From Chlorokybus atmophyticus (lineage: Eukaryota > Plantae > Mesostigma and Chlorokybus algae), in the NCBI GenBank assembly GCA_009103225.1, contig RHPI01003642.1, positions 1,045,099 through 1,109,098 of the forward strand: DNA of 64,000 bases, given 5' to 3'. This document shows, one piece after another, positions 1-10,344 of the stretch. Under the pieces are notes generated by a model that was not told the origin of the DNA, searched no databases, and was given only the letters and a program-made list of their open reading frames with translations. The translations under genes and the position numbers were made by a program. Every line of letters begins with the position of its first letter. Position 1 is the first letter of the stretch.

Positions 1-2079
1 ACTTGGCATTGGGCAGGATGATCTCCAGCCCACAGCAGCAGCATAGCACGCAACTTTGTAGTGCTTCCTGCAATGTACATGGGAGTTGGGTTCTAGGACA
101 AGTCTCAAGTCCTAGGACAGGGTCTAAAACGTTCTAGGACGAGTCTAAGACACGTTAATCTGTCATTTGGTCAAGCAGGCTGCTGGGTGTACCTGCTGCT
201 TGTTGATGCAGGTGGTCCGCGACATCGGAAGTAGCAAGTCCGTACTCTGTGCCAAACCCTTCGATGTAAAGGGACTCTAACTCAGTCACCAAGGGTTCCA
301 AGAACGGGTCCATGTTGTTAATCCCATTAGGAATCTGGTCTTTTGGCACAAAACCCACTGGCAGCAGCGAGGAGGTTTGCGTGCTTAAGAGCTTTCCACC
401 GTTTAAGACTGCAACGTTGATCATGAGGGTGCCTCGCTTGGTGGTTGTGGCAGTGCTGAAGCCATCCCAATGGGCAATAAAAGCCAGATTCCTCGGGTCT
501 CCGGAGGCTTTCTGCCTGAGAGCAGAGGTCATCTGCTGGCACTGGGCGTTGCGACACTTGAAGACCCATGCATACCCATCTTTTGTCTCAGCAAAATGGT
601 GTCCAGGACGATGAATTGTTCCACAGAACTCACATCTGACAGGCAGCTAAAAGGACTTGTCTGGGTTCCAAAAGTGCAAAAGCTCTCGCCAGCGGGAGCC
701 ATCCCAAGCCTCTTGCTGCGCTGCAGGAGGAACTGCAGGGTCTTTATCAAGCCATCTGTCGCATTCGCGCCATGATTGCAACCAGTCGTAGCAGATGGTA
801 GGGCAACGAAACATCAGTTGCAGTCTAGCCTTGAGAGGTAGGTAGTAGTAGCTCACGCAGTCCTTGCGCAGGTTACCACAAGGACACTTCTCTTGCTGCA
901 TTGTCTTGCGTAATTTCTCACGCTGACGCCAAGTAGAGGACTCTTCGGTAACGTCATCGCCAAAGTCTCTCGGGTATGGCTTGCTGAAGAGGTAAGAGCA
1001 GTCCTTGCAAACGGAGTAGTGCAAAGGCACTGGCATACCCATGCGATTGAACAGGCTGGTGGCAGTTTTGCAGGATGTTGGTAGCTTGCAACCCTCTGAT
1101 TCCGGACTAAAGGTCTTCTTGGTGGCCATACTGAGAAGAGAGTCATCGCCCTTGAACAGACAGGCCAGCAACTTGTTGATGCAGTCTTTCGACATACCGC
1201 CCTCGTCGGCAATGGTCATGATGTCTAGGTACTTGTCCATGTAAGACTTCTCGGGTTCCTGGTGCTCGGTAAGTGGGTCACTCTTTGCTGGTGCTACAGC
1301 AGGTGACACAACTTTGGGAATGGCCCGGAACTGCTGAAGCACGCGGTCTTTGTGCAAGTGGATTTGGATTACTGAGTTCCTCTGCAGCACCTGTGACAGA
1401 AAAGCTTAGGATCTAGCCAAACACGCTGCCAACGAAAGCCCTAAACCATCAAAACCACCAAAAGACAAGACTGCCATGGTCAAAAAGATCTGTAAGTCAC
1501 CTCATTGTTGCACTTGGAGCATGGACAGGATCTGAGAGATGTAGACAGCTGTGGGTCTGCAACCGGGTCTTCATTGGGCTGGACCAATGGTTCTAACGTT
1601 GCTTGCAGATGTGTAGGCAACTCCTTTGGTTCAGGTGAGGGTTGTGGAGGTTGGTCACATGGCAGCTCAGGAGTGTCACGAATGCCGTTCAGTGAACTGG
1701 CAAGAAGAGAATCTCCCAGCGGGTCTTGCGTGTGGATTGGATGTTCTGGTGTCTCAAGGTTGTGGTGATGCTGGTCATGTAAGAGGTCTTGCGAGGCTGG
1801 TAGAAGTTGCGGATTGTCTTGGTTTTCTTGCTGGTGGTTTGGCCGCGGCTGCTCTTCCGCAATGTTTGGAATGGACTGCAATGGGTTTTGGTGCTGACTT
1901 GCATTCAAGATAGTCTGCTGACTGTCACGCGGCTGGAATGCAGGCTGTCTTTGCTGCTGTTTGAACTTTGCTTGCGTGCGTCTGGATGCTTTATGGACCG
2001 GCACTTGGAGTAAAGCAACTGCCTCATTGAATGCATTGCGGCGGCCGATAGCGTCCAGCTGTGCAATGCAACTAGCCAT
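1..2079 (-). pseudogene. EnSpm/CACTA (CMC) transposase with introns and a premature stop; runs off the window start
   Basis: Exons about 2079-1501, 1391-193 and 67-1. Splicing gives CPCSKCNNE|VLQRNSVIQIHL (transposase-associated CPC..C..HL domain), then YYYLPLKARLQLMF, EAWDGSRW, RNLAFIAHWDGF, MDPFLEPLVTELESLYIEG and, after a GT-AG intron at 192-68, LRAMLLLWAGDHPAQC (Tnp2-type motifs). An in-frame TAG at 647-649 separates ORF 647-1390 from ORF 155-532. Confidence 0.85.
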
Positions 2080-2914
2080 GGATCTAGGAGAAACGAAAGA
2101 GCATGTTAGCTTGATACTGTCAACAGGCAGCCATAGCAGCTGAAAGACCTGGCTGGCTTGGACTAGCTAGGCATTTTACAAGGAGCTAATTCAAGACTGT
2201 AGTTACTACGGACAGGTGGTTGGAGGAAACTTGCACAGGCGCAACAATGCATGGCTAAGGGAAAGAATTCCACCCAGAGCTAAAATACAACCACAAAACT
2301 GGATCAAAACGGACTTCATCAGAGTTTGCATAGACGTACCTGGAAAGCTGGAGCAGGCTTGCTGCGGGTGTTTTAGCCGGCCAGCCCGCTGCTTCAACCA
2401 AAAGACCAGGTCTTAGACCGGCTTAACTCTGGTGAGCAACCCCTGAGCATGCAACAGCGGCTTATCAGCTTGGAAAGCTTGGGATGCTGGATGACAGCTG
2501 GGGCATTGGTTGCATAGCTTTCAATACACGCTTTTGCAGTGGTTTTGAGGCATTCTAAGCTTACGTTGACCAAACAAGCAGTTCAGCTGTCTGCAACCTT
2601 GCAAGTTCTAACACCGGGTCTGCAGCCCCGGTGCTAGAACGGTAGGTTGTGAAGCATTGGCAGCTGTTTGACAGCTGTAACAGTGTTTCTCCAGCTCCAG
2701 AACCGTTCCACCCAAAGACCTTGAGGTCCTGCAAGCTTCCGCCAATGGGTTTGCTGGTTGCAGCAGTAGCCGCAGCCGCCTCCTGGTCTAGCCTGGTCTG
2801 GCCTGGTCTAGCCTGCGGGTCTAGCCTGCGGGAGCTTCCTGAGTTCCGAATTGCAGTGCTCTCGAGTTTGTAAGCCAGTAATGGCATGTATAACTATCTA
2901 ACGTTGCTGGTTCT

Positions 2915-3273
2915 GAGTCTTTTGGGTTTTGGAGGTTTACGAGCATGTCTTTCCAGTATAGGAACGCATGTAGCTTGTGCCATTGCTGGGAAACTTAGGT
3001 TGCAACCGTTGCTGGTCTTAAACCAGGTTTACCAACACTGGCAAGCATGGTCTATGACCGGCACCGGTGTCAGAGGGCTTAAGCCAGTACTGAGTCTTTT
3101 GGGACTTGAAGGTTTGTGAGCAGGTCTTTCCAGTATATGCAAGCATGTAGGTTGTGCCGGTGCTGGAAAACGCGGTCTGCAACCGGTGCTGGTCTTTGAC
3201 AAGTTGTATCAATGCTGGCATACACGGTTTAAGACCAGCCCTGGGGTTAAAATGGTTTAAGCCAGTGCTGAGT
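2915..3273. repeat. Diverged tandem duplication, ~177-bp unit, about 2 copies
   Basis: gagtcttttggg...gtctttccagtat...catgtag.ttgtgcc...tgcaacc..tgctggtctt recurs at 2915 and 3092; aagccagt.ctgagt recurs near 3080 and 3259. Confidence 0.75.
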
Positions 3274-3314
3274 GAGATGGTTGTGCTAATGCTGGCTTTG
3301 TTAGCCATTCACGA

Positions 3315-3545
3315 TCAGTACTGGCACCAACTTTGTGCCAGTGAAGACGTCTGTGCCATTGCCGGCACAGTACTTGTGCCATTACAGGTCTATAATTCAT
3401 AAACTAGTAATGGCATAGTTTATGCCAGTACTGGCATGGGTCTTATACAGGTTGCCAGTACTAGCACGGGGTTTTTGTGCCAGTACTGGCACGGGTTTGT
3501 GCCAGTACTGGCACGGGCTGCAGGACCCATGTGGTGCTGGCAGTG
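3315..3545. repeat. Cluster of TGCCAGTACTGGCA palindromes
   Basis: Perfect 16-bp palindromes atgccagtactggcat (~3422) and gtgccagtactggcac (~3477, ~3499), with degenerate copies near 3317, 3354 and 3452. Confidence 0.85.
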
Positions 3546-3689
3546 TGGTTGTTGTGCTTGCTTAAGTACTTGCATCTTTGTTATCAGGTGCAATTCGCGG
3601 CATGGAGCAGTCTTGCAGCGTGCGGTGGCTTGCTCCAGGATTTTAACAAATGCGCAACAAGGTGCAAAAAACTCCGTGCTTGTCTCTGT

Positions 3690-4135
3690 CTGCATGAATG
3701 CTTGATTGTGCACAGGGGCGGCCTTGTGCTTAAGGCCTCTTGTTTGTGGTTGCAAGGATGCTTGTGCTGGTTGGTGCACAGGGGCGGCCTTGTGCTTAAG
3801 GCCTCTTGTTTATGGTTGCATGAATGCTTGTACTGGTTGGTGCACAGGGGCGGCCTCGTGCTCAAGGCCTCTTTTTTGGTGTTGTATGAATGCTTGTGCT
3901 TGTTGGTGCATGGGGACGGCCTCGTGCTTAAGGCCTCTTGTTTGTGGTTGCATGAATGCTTGTTTGTGCACAGGGGCGGCCTCGTGCTTAAGGCCTCTTG
4001 TTTGTGGTTGCAAGAATGCTTGTGCTGGTTGTGCACAGGGGCGGCCTCGTGCTCAAGGCCTCTTGTTTGTGGTTGCAAGAATGCTTGTGCTGGTAAGTGC
4101 ATAGGGGCGGCCTCGTGCGTCAAGGCCTCTTGTCT
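3690..4135. repeat. Minisatellite, 7 copies of a ~66-bp unit
   Basis: The gcacaggggcggcc anchor or a close variant occurs at 3710, 3776, 3842, 3908, 3968, 4033 and 4099 (spacings 66,66,66,60,65,66). Confidence 0.95.
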
Positions 4136-4828
4136 GTGTTCCTCTTTGTGCTTGTTGTTTTGCTTAGTGGCTTACCAGGTTGTTCATCACGCCTGCCAAG
4201 CAAAAACGGTTCGCTTTGGAGACCAGCTGCTTGCAGATAACTTTATGATGTTTTAGCTTTTCAACTCCAATCTCATGCTTTTCATACATCTCATGCTTGC
4301 TGGTAATGGTGCTCAAACATATATGTATCATTCTTAACAGAGAAGAAGATGAAAAGACAAGAGAAGCCTGAGAATGAACCTGTCCAACAGCCTGCAGGTA
4401 AGATTGTGCTATATTAGCTTCTGCAAACCCACTGTCAACTCAAATCTCATGCTTGCTCACACTGATGCTCAACATGTATGCTCATTGTCAGCAGAGAAGA
4501 AGTTAAAAACACCAGAATACCAGGAGAAGCTTGAGACAACCTAGTCCGACGAAGACGTTGTGGCCGAAGCAAAGCTTGTTACAAAGCGTTATTTTTACAG
4601 TGGAAAAGTGCCAGACGGACCAAGAAGCGCGACGTAATCCCATGGGACAACATGGTGTTTGATATCAAGGTAGCTCTGCAAAACAACATGGACTACCGCA
4701 CGCTCGATGATTCAAAGATGGAGTTATACAAATTCCTGGTGAAGTAGCTCACTCAATGTGATAAGGCAGCAGCTAGCGGCATAAACCTGGGGGACTTCAT
4801 CGACAAACCTAAAACTGGCCCTTCAACC

Positions 4829-5601
4829 TTGGGCACTCACATTTGGGAGTTTGGTCTGCCTGCTAAACAAACGGGTGCTGAGAGCAGGCTGGGTGGGTTG
4901 TTGAAGGAGAAAGCCCTGCGTGTGTTTGCTGCCTATGGTGATGGGAATTGCTTTTACAAATGCATTGCCCAGTCGCGCCCCACCGTGAACGCTGAATGCC
5001 TGCAGCTCAAGAAAGCACTTGATGAGGAGGATTTCTGGCGCGGCATTGTGCTGGACAAAGGACGAGAGCTGCCAATCGCAGTGCAAGCAGTTAAGCTGCG
5101 CAAGTTGTGTGCCAAGCAGATCAACCTTGCTTGGTTGAAGAAGTTTCGCAACTACGTTGCTTCAGACATGGGCAAGGACTACGAGCAGTGTGCTACAAGA
5201 TTGCATTTGAAGGAGCATATTAAGAATGATAATGACAAAGGCGTTATTGTCTGTCCAAAACAATTGCTCACGAGTCTGTTTATGCGGATGAACTGCACTT
5301 GGCTTTGATGGCGCAAACGCTCGGCTTTCACATCGGCACACCGCATACTATTGCAGATGCATATGGCAGGTATTGCTTGGACGCGGAAAAATCGGGCGCT
5401 CTCTCTGAGGGTGCAGATGGGAGCTACTTCTAAACAACTACCAACAAAGAAGGTAAATAACGGAAGTACGTGAAACCGGTCATGCTGCTTTGCGAGGATG
5501 TTGATGACCCGGCTGATCATGTGATCATTGGCAACACAAGTGCGGGCTCGAAGGAGGCGCATTACTTGTCTATTGGTCATCACAGTGGCAATCTCTCCTA
5601 G
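4829..5601 (+). pseudogene. OTU-family cysteine protease (deubiquitinase) relic
   Basis: Cys box GDGNCFYKCIA (4937). After a frameshift near 5230-5240 come YADELHLALMAQTLGFHI (5281) and the His box EAHYLSI (5560). In-frame TAA at 5431 and 5458. Confidence 0.8.
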
Positions 5602-5729
5602 GAATTTGGTGACATGCCACCACAAATCAGCCATTTCCTTCACCCCAATGGTTTGCCGACATTAGCGCCCAGTGCGGACTCTGCGCCTCTCCATATGCCC
5701 TCGTCTTGCAGTAGACCCCATGTGCAGGA

Positions 5730-6020
5730 AGCTGAGGTCTAGGCCAAGCAGGAAGTCGAGGCGGAGGCCAAGCAAAAAGCTGATGCCGAGGACCCTTGCA
5801 GCCAAGGCAAGCAGGAGGCCGAGCACAACGCCAAGCCGCAAGCTGATGCCGAGGTAAAAGCCAAGCATGAAGCTGCTGAGCCAACTTGGAGGCCACCTTG
5901 AACCTTGAACCTTGAATGCCAGGCAGGAGGTAAAGTGCAAGGCAGCTGCTGATGATAAAGCTAGGCAGAAGGCTGCTGAAGCCAAGGCCAGGCAGGAGGA
6001 TACTGCCTGCGGCAAGCATG
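5730..6020 (+). other. Degenerate Ala/Glu/Lys/Gln-rich coding-like repeat downstream of the OTU domain
   Basis: Reads as EVEAEAKQKADAE...AKPQADAEVKAKHEAAE with recurring gccaagc/gctgatgccgagg motifs; the frame is broken. Confidence 0.4.
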
Positions 6021-6327
6021 TACTGGTACTCCGGATGTACGGATGCAAATGGTCCACATGGCTGCGCATAGTCCATGTGGACATAAGCGTGATGCTTTGC
6101 AGATTGATGAGAAGGCTGAGGCTGCTGGGGATGTTCCTTTGGTTGGTTCCCAAAGTTCCGATGGTTACAGTCTTTTCATAAGGTAAGTGCCGTCAGTAAT
6201 ATGTACCTTCAGAGGTACCTGATTGTACCGCTTTGTCATGATTAGGTGTCAGACGTGATTGTTATCATCAGCTGTGCAAAAATGCGTGACAAATGTCAAT
6301 AAAACGAGAAAATTATTAGGTAGTCTG

Positions 6328-6502
6328 GTTGTACTAGCAGTAGTACTAGCTTAGTGGCGTCAGTAATGTAAACTCCACTGCGTGACACAAATAATAATAA
6401 AACGAGAAAATAATATCGTGGTCTGGTTGTACTAGCAGTAGTAGTAGCTCAGTGGAGTTTACATTACTAACGCCACTGAGCTACTACTACTGCTAGTACA
6501 AC
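6328..6502. repeat. Nested foldback: ~53-bp inverted repeat plus a perfect 30-bp hairpin
   Basis: 6426-6455 is the exact reverse complement of 6473-6502 (17-nt loop). 6328-6380 is an imperfect inverted copy of 6450-6502. A ~98-bp direct duplication (aataaaacgagaaaat...ctggttgtactagcag) is also present. Confidence 0.9.
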
Positions 6503-7019
6503 TACACTGCCACTATTGCTACCACTACCACTACTGCTACTACCACCATTGCACTAAGCTGCTGCTCCTGCACCGCCCGCTTCAGCTCCTCTGCCGCCGT
6601 TCTTCCTCCGCCGCTCCTAAAAAGCACAAGGCGGTCAACGCAACCAAGCAAACACAATGAACATACACAACATACACACTAACATGCCGCCGCTTGCCAT
6701 GCACCGCCGCCGCCGCCGCCGCCTCGTGCTGCCTACTGGCCAGCCCAGACCAAGCTAGTAGCCTGGCCTGGCTGCCCTAAGGCAAGAAGGTGGTTATATT
6801 GCATGCAGTGTTGCACGTGGTATAACGTTGGATAATTAAGCTCACCTGTGTGAGCCCGTGCCGCTGTTGTCGCCGCCGCCGCCGCACAACGCTCAACCGT
6901 GGTGAACAGTGACTGTTCACCTTGAAGCCGTTGAGCGCCGCAGTTATTCGAACGGTTTCAATGACTTGGGCAGCCCAAGTCATTTAAACGCGTTATTATA
7001 ACGTGACTTGCAAATAACG

Positions 7020-7200
7020 AGTTGCAATGGCATCATTGTATTATTATGATAGCACGAAAATTGCCATTGTCGCAATGGAACTATTGTACCGTAACATTCC
7101 TATGGTATATGCCATTGTTATGGCACGATAATGCCATTGTCGCAATGGCACTATTGTACCATAATATTAGACCATTACTATGGTGAGTACCATGATTATG
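7020..7200. repeat. GCCATTGT/CAATGGC palindromic repeat cluster
   Basis: tgccattgtcgcaatgg(c/a)a(c)tattgtacc occurs twice (~7062, ~7132), with further gccattgt/caatggc copies. Confidence 0.7.
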
Positions 7201-7234
7201 AGTTTATAAGTATGGCCCCCGCAACACTTTCAAC

Positions 7235-7420
7235 ATGGACGAGAGTGGCGTGTTCTATAGAGCCCGTCCCCGTCGCACACCGGTCACTGCCAGCGAGGAA
7301 GCTCGAGGGGAAGAGAGGGAAGGACAGATTCACAGTGGCGTTGTGTGTAAATGCGGACGGGTCCAAGAAGTTGCCACTTCTACTCATTGGTACATCCAAA
7401 AGGATAAAGTCTTTCAGGAG
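7235..7420 (+). mobile_element. pogo/Tigger (Tc1/mariner) transposase fragment, DDE_1 domain
   Basis: MDESGVFYRARPRRT, then in a shifted frame GKRGKDRFTVALCVNADGSKKLPLLLIGTSKRIKSF, matching pogo DETGLFY..P.RT / KDRLTV.LC.NADGS.KLP.L.IGKS. Truncated by the following repeat. Confidence 0.9.
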
Positions 7421-7440
7421 CACATGGATTCACATTGGTA

Positions 7441-7800
7441 TAGGGCTTTTACGCGCGGACCAGTCGTACGCGGCCCGCGGACCACTTCTGGTACGTTTTT
7501 GCATACATGTACATGTACCAGTGTCGCGACTGGTTTGGCGCGACCGGACCACCGGTGGTCCGGCCCCGGAGCCCGCCGTCATGGTCCGGTTGACCGAACC
7601 ACGGCTGGTCGCTCGCCTCTCGGTCTGCGAACCAGTGAATCATTAGTGCCGCACGGGGTCCGTACGGCAGGACCAGGGCTGGTCGCGGCCCCCGCGGCTT
7701 GCGGTGGTACCCGCAAACCAAAGCAGCAGCTGGTCCGGTACCACGCTGGTCACTACGCACCCGACATGGTCCTTTTCCAGCAATGGCGCCAGTGCTGGTC
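7441..7800. repeat. GGACCAG/CTGGTCC-rich palindromic repeat, copy 1 (possible MITE)
   Basis: Many ggacca/tggtcc motifs; perfect 20-bp palindrome ccggaccaccggtggtccgg at 7544-7563; shares ggaccagggctggtc with the reverse complement of 12590-12605. Confidence 0.6.
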
Positions 7801-8887
7801 GCGTGCCCCACCAGAGGAGTTTATAGCAATGCACATGCACTGATACAAATGCATTGCTTGCGCACCATGCATGGTACGCCTGGCTGCTCACTGTCGCTGA
7901 CCCAGCGGATTGGAACAAGCGTACGTCAGCAGACGCGCAAGCAGCCTGCAGCTTGTAGGTATCCGTGCTTGCTGAAGTGTCAATGCATTTTGTTGAGTGA
8001 GCTGAGGTGTCGTTGCAGGTGCGGTCCAAGCTGACGGCGGCGGCGGCGGTGCGGGCAGTAAGCGGTAGGTGGTATGTTGATTCACTGCTGCCGACAGCCA
8101 AAGCGTTCAGAGTACCGTGACACTGTTAAGAAACTTACTGCAGTCTTTATGCAAGCATGCTCAGTGTCGGAGCGGTAGCCGCTGCTGCCAGTGTGTTATT
8201 GCTAAGGCTAATGTTGGTTTGCTAACGGTGAAGTTGTGATGGGTGCAGCTTTTGGCTGACCGGCTGTTGACAGCTGTTGCTGTGGTTGTAATCGCTGCTG
8301 CTTGTCTCGGTGTATGCATGAGACAATGTAGCTACTGCATGTGTTTGCTTTGTCGTGTCAACAACTAATGTCGGCAGCTGCTGGCTGTTAGCTTGGTCAT
8401 TAACTAATCAGGCTGGTGCGAGCTGTGCGGAAGCTGCATGCCTTCAAGGCAAGTTCTACATGAAAGTTGCCTGTAAATATGCATTGGCTAACTGTCACCT
8501 TGGTCACATGAAGGTGCTTTGCATGGTTGCCATTGTGCAAGCTGACTTGCTAATTTACTAGATCATGCGAGTGTGGTTAGTGCTGCCAATTATAGGATGC
8601 TTGGCGGAGGAGGCTAGAGGCACACCCACACAATACTTGCAGGCGCGCTCGTGCGTGTGCAAAGTCATGCGTGTACGCATGTGTGCACGTGTATGTTTAT
8701 GTGTGGGTGGGCGCATGACTCGTTGTGCCCGTGCACGTGCACACATGTAGTACTTGACACTTGTGTCTCATGAGAGTGTCTAATTACCTTCAGTTCAGTT
8801 CAGTGGAACGGACACTGCACAGCTGCCAGGATGTCGCTGTCGGTGGGTAGAGCCGGATGCTGCTGCTCTGCTAAGGGCGCGGGACCA

Positions 8888-8922
8888 GGGGGGTGCTGCA
8901 AATAGCTACTTGCAGCACCCCC
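8888..8922. repeat. Hairpin gggggtgctgcaa...ttgcagcaccccc
   Basis: 13-bp perfect arms with a short loop. Confidence 0.8.
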
Positions 8923-9876
8923 TAAAAATGCACCTGCTGGACTTCAAGGTGAGCCGAGGGGTAAGGGGAGGGAAGGGGAAAGTGTGGGTGGGGGGNGGGG
9001 GGGCACAGCGGTCTATGCCACTTTCAGTGTTAATGTGTAACACGCAGGGTGCCGTTGGCTGCTGCCAGGCAACACGGTCTTTCTCTATCTCTTGCATGCA
9101 AACACACATGCATGTGCACTTGCCAACACACGCGCTCTGTCTCGCCCTTTCTAACAATATTGCAATGCTCGCGCAGGGGGCCTGCATGTCCGCGCGTTCC
9201 TGAACGCAACAGTCCGCGGCGGCCCCACTAAGACAAGAGTGTGCGCTTGCGTGCGCGCGCATTGTGAGACCTTTCTCATGTGTAGATGTGCAGGCACATG
9301 CTTACAACGAGCTCATAGACCGCGTTGCCCACACAGGCATGCGCACTGTCCACACAAGCACGCAAGTGCACTTTGGCACGCACGCATATGCACACATTCA
9401 CATCATTGTTGGGCTATAGACCACCGCGGTCTATCAGCCCAAGCAACTGCCACAGGCTGCACAGGGCAGTGCGGCACTGTCCAGTGCGGCCTATGAGGTA
9501 GTTGCTATAGGCGGCTCATAGACCGCACTGACTGACGCACACGCACACGCACAAGCATTTGCGCATGTGCACGCTCACACCTGCGCTCGCGCGCAGGTAC
9601 GCAGCCCGCCAAGCCGGCATAAGTTGAGTTTGTAGCGCACGGCTGCCAAGCAGGCAGTGCGTATGTAAGCACTACCTCACCCCAGCTGTCCGTGCCCTCA
9701 GGTTGGAGGCTCCAATATATTAAAGCTGCGATGGGTACCACAAGCGGTGTTTGTGCGCATGCGCATGAGTGTGCATGTGGGTGTTTGTGCGTGCGTGCGT
9801 GCGTCTTGCAATAAGCAGGCTCATGAACCGCACCAGCCTGGTCAGTGCGGCCTATGAGCCCTGACTGAGTCACTCA

Positions 9877-9930
9877 GCCTACAAGACAGTTCGTCCTCAA
9901 GCCTGGCTGAGGACGAACTGTCTTATAGGC
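9877..9930. repeat. 23-bp stem hairpin
   Basis: gcctacaagacagttcgtcctca / tgaggacgaactgtcttataggc, 1 mismatch, 8-nt loop. Confidence 0.9.
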
Positions 9931-10209
9931 CGCCTATGAGATTGCTGGCTACAGTGCCGCCTATTAGACAGGTCGTCCTCATCTCAGCTGTCCGTGCCCT
10001 CTTCAAGGTGCGATCAGTGCCACTCATGGTGTGCGCACGCGCACGGGCATGTGTGCGTGTATATGTGTGCCATAATGCACACCATGCACATGATGTCACA
10101 TGCACAGTGTTGCTGCGTTTGTCACTCTCACGGGTGTTGCTGTGCACACGCACGAGTGTGAGTGTGTGTTTCTGTGTGTGTTCCCGTCCCCCCCTTTCCT
10201 GAATGCCCC

Positions 10210-10344
10210 NNNNNNNNNNNNNNNNNNNNNNNNNNNNNNNNNNNNNNNNNNNNNNNNNNNNNNNNNNNNNNNNNNNNNNNNNNNNNNNNNNNNNNNNNNN
10301 NNNNNNNNNNNNNNNNNNNNNNNNNNNNNNNNNNNNNNNNNNNN
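10210..10344. other. Assembly gap (N run) flanked by poly-C
   Basis: 135 N bases. Confidence 0.99.

Larger units (their letters stand above)
1..6502. mobile_element. Probable decayed CACTA-type element (transposase, internal repeats, divergent OTU gene, CACTA/CACTG-starting inverted repeats)
   Basis: Transposase (-), minisatellites, OTU relic (+) and ~30-bp units beginning CACTA/CACTG at 6328-6560. The left end is outside the window, so the boundaries are inferred. Confidence 0.45.

Noticed and set aside
3690-4135. CRISPR-like array
   Set aside because: Whole units repeat with no unique spacers, no cas genes are present, and the context is eukaryotic.
5179-5643. Minus-strand ORF superficially like a Ulp1 SUMO protease (ANDHMISRVINIL...HVLPLFTFF)
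   Set aside because: No His/Asp/Cys catalytic motifs, and it is the antisense of the OTU relic, which has all three motif blocks on the plus strand.
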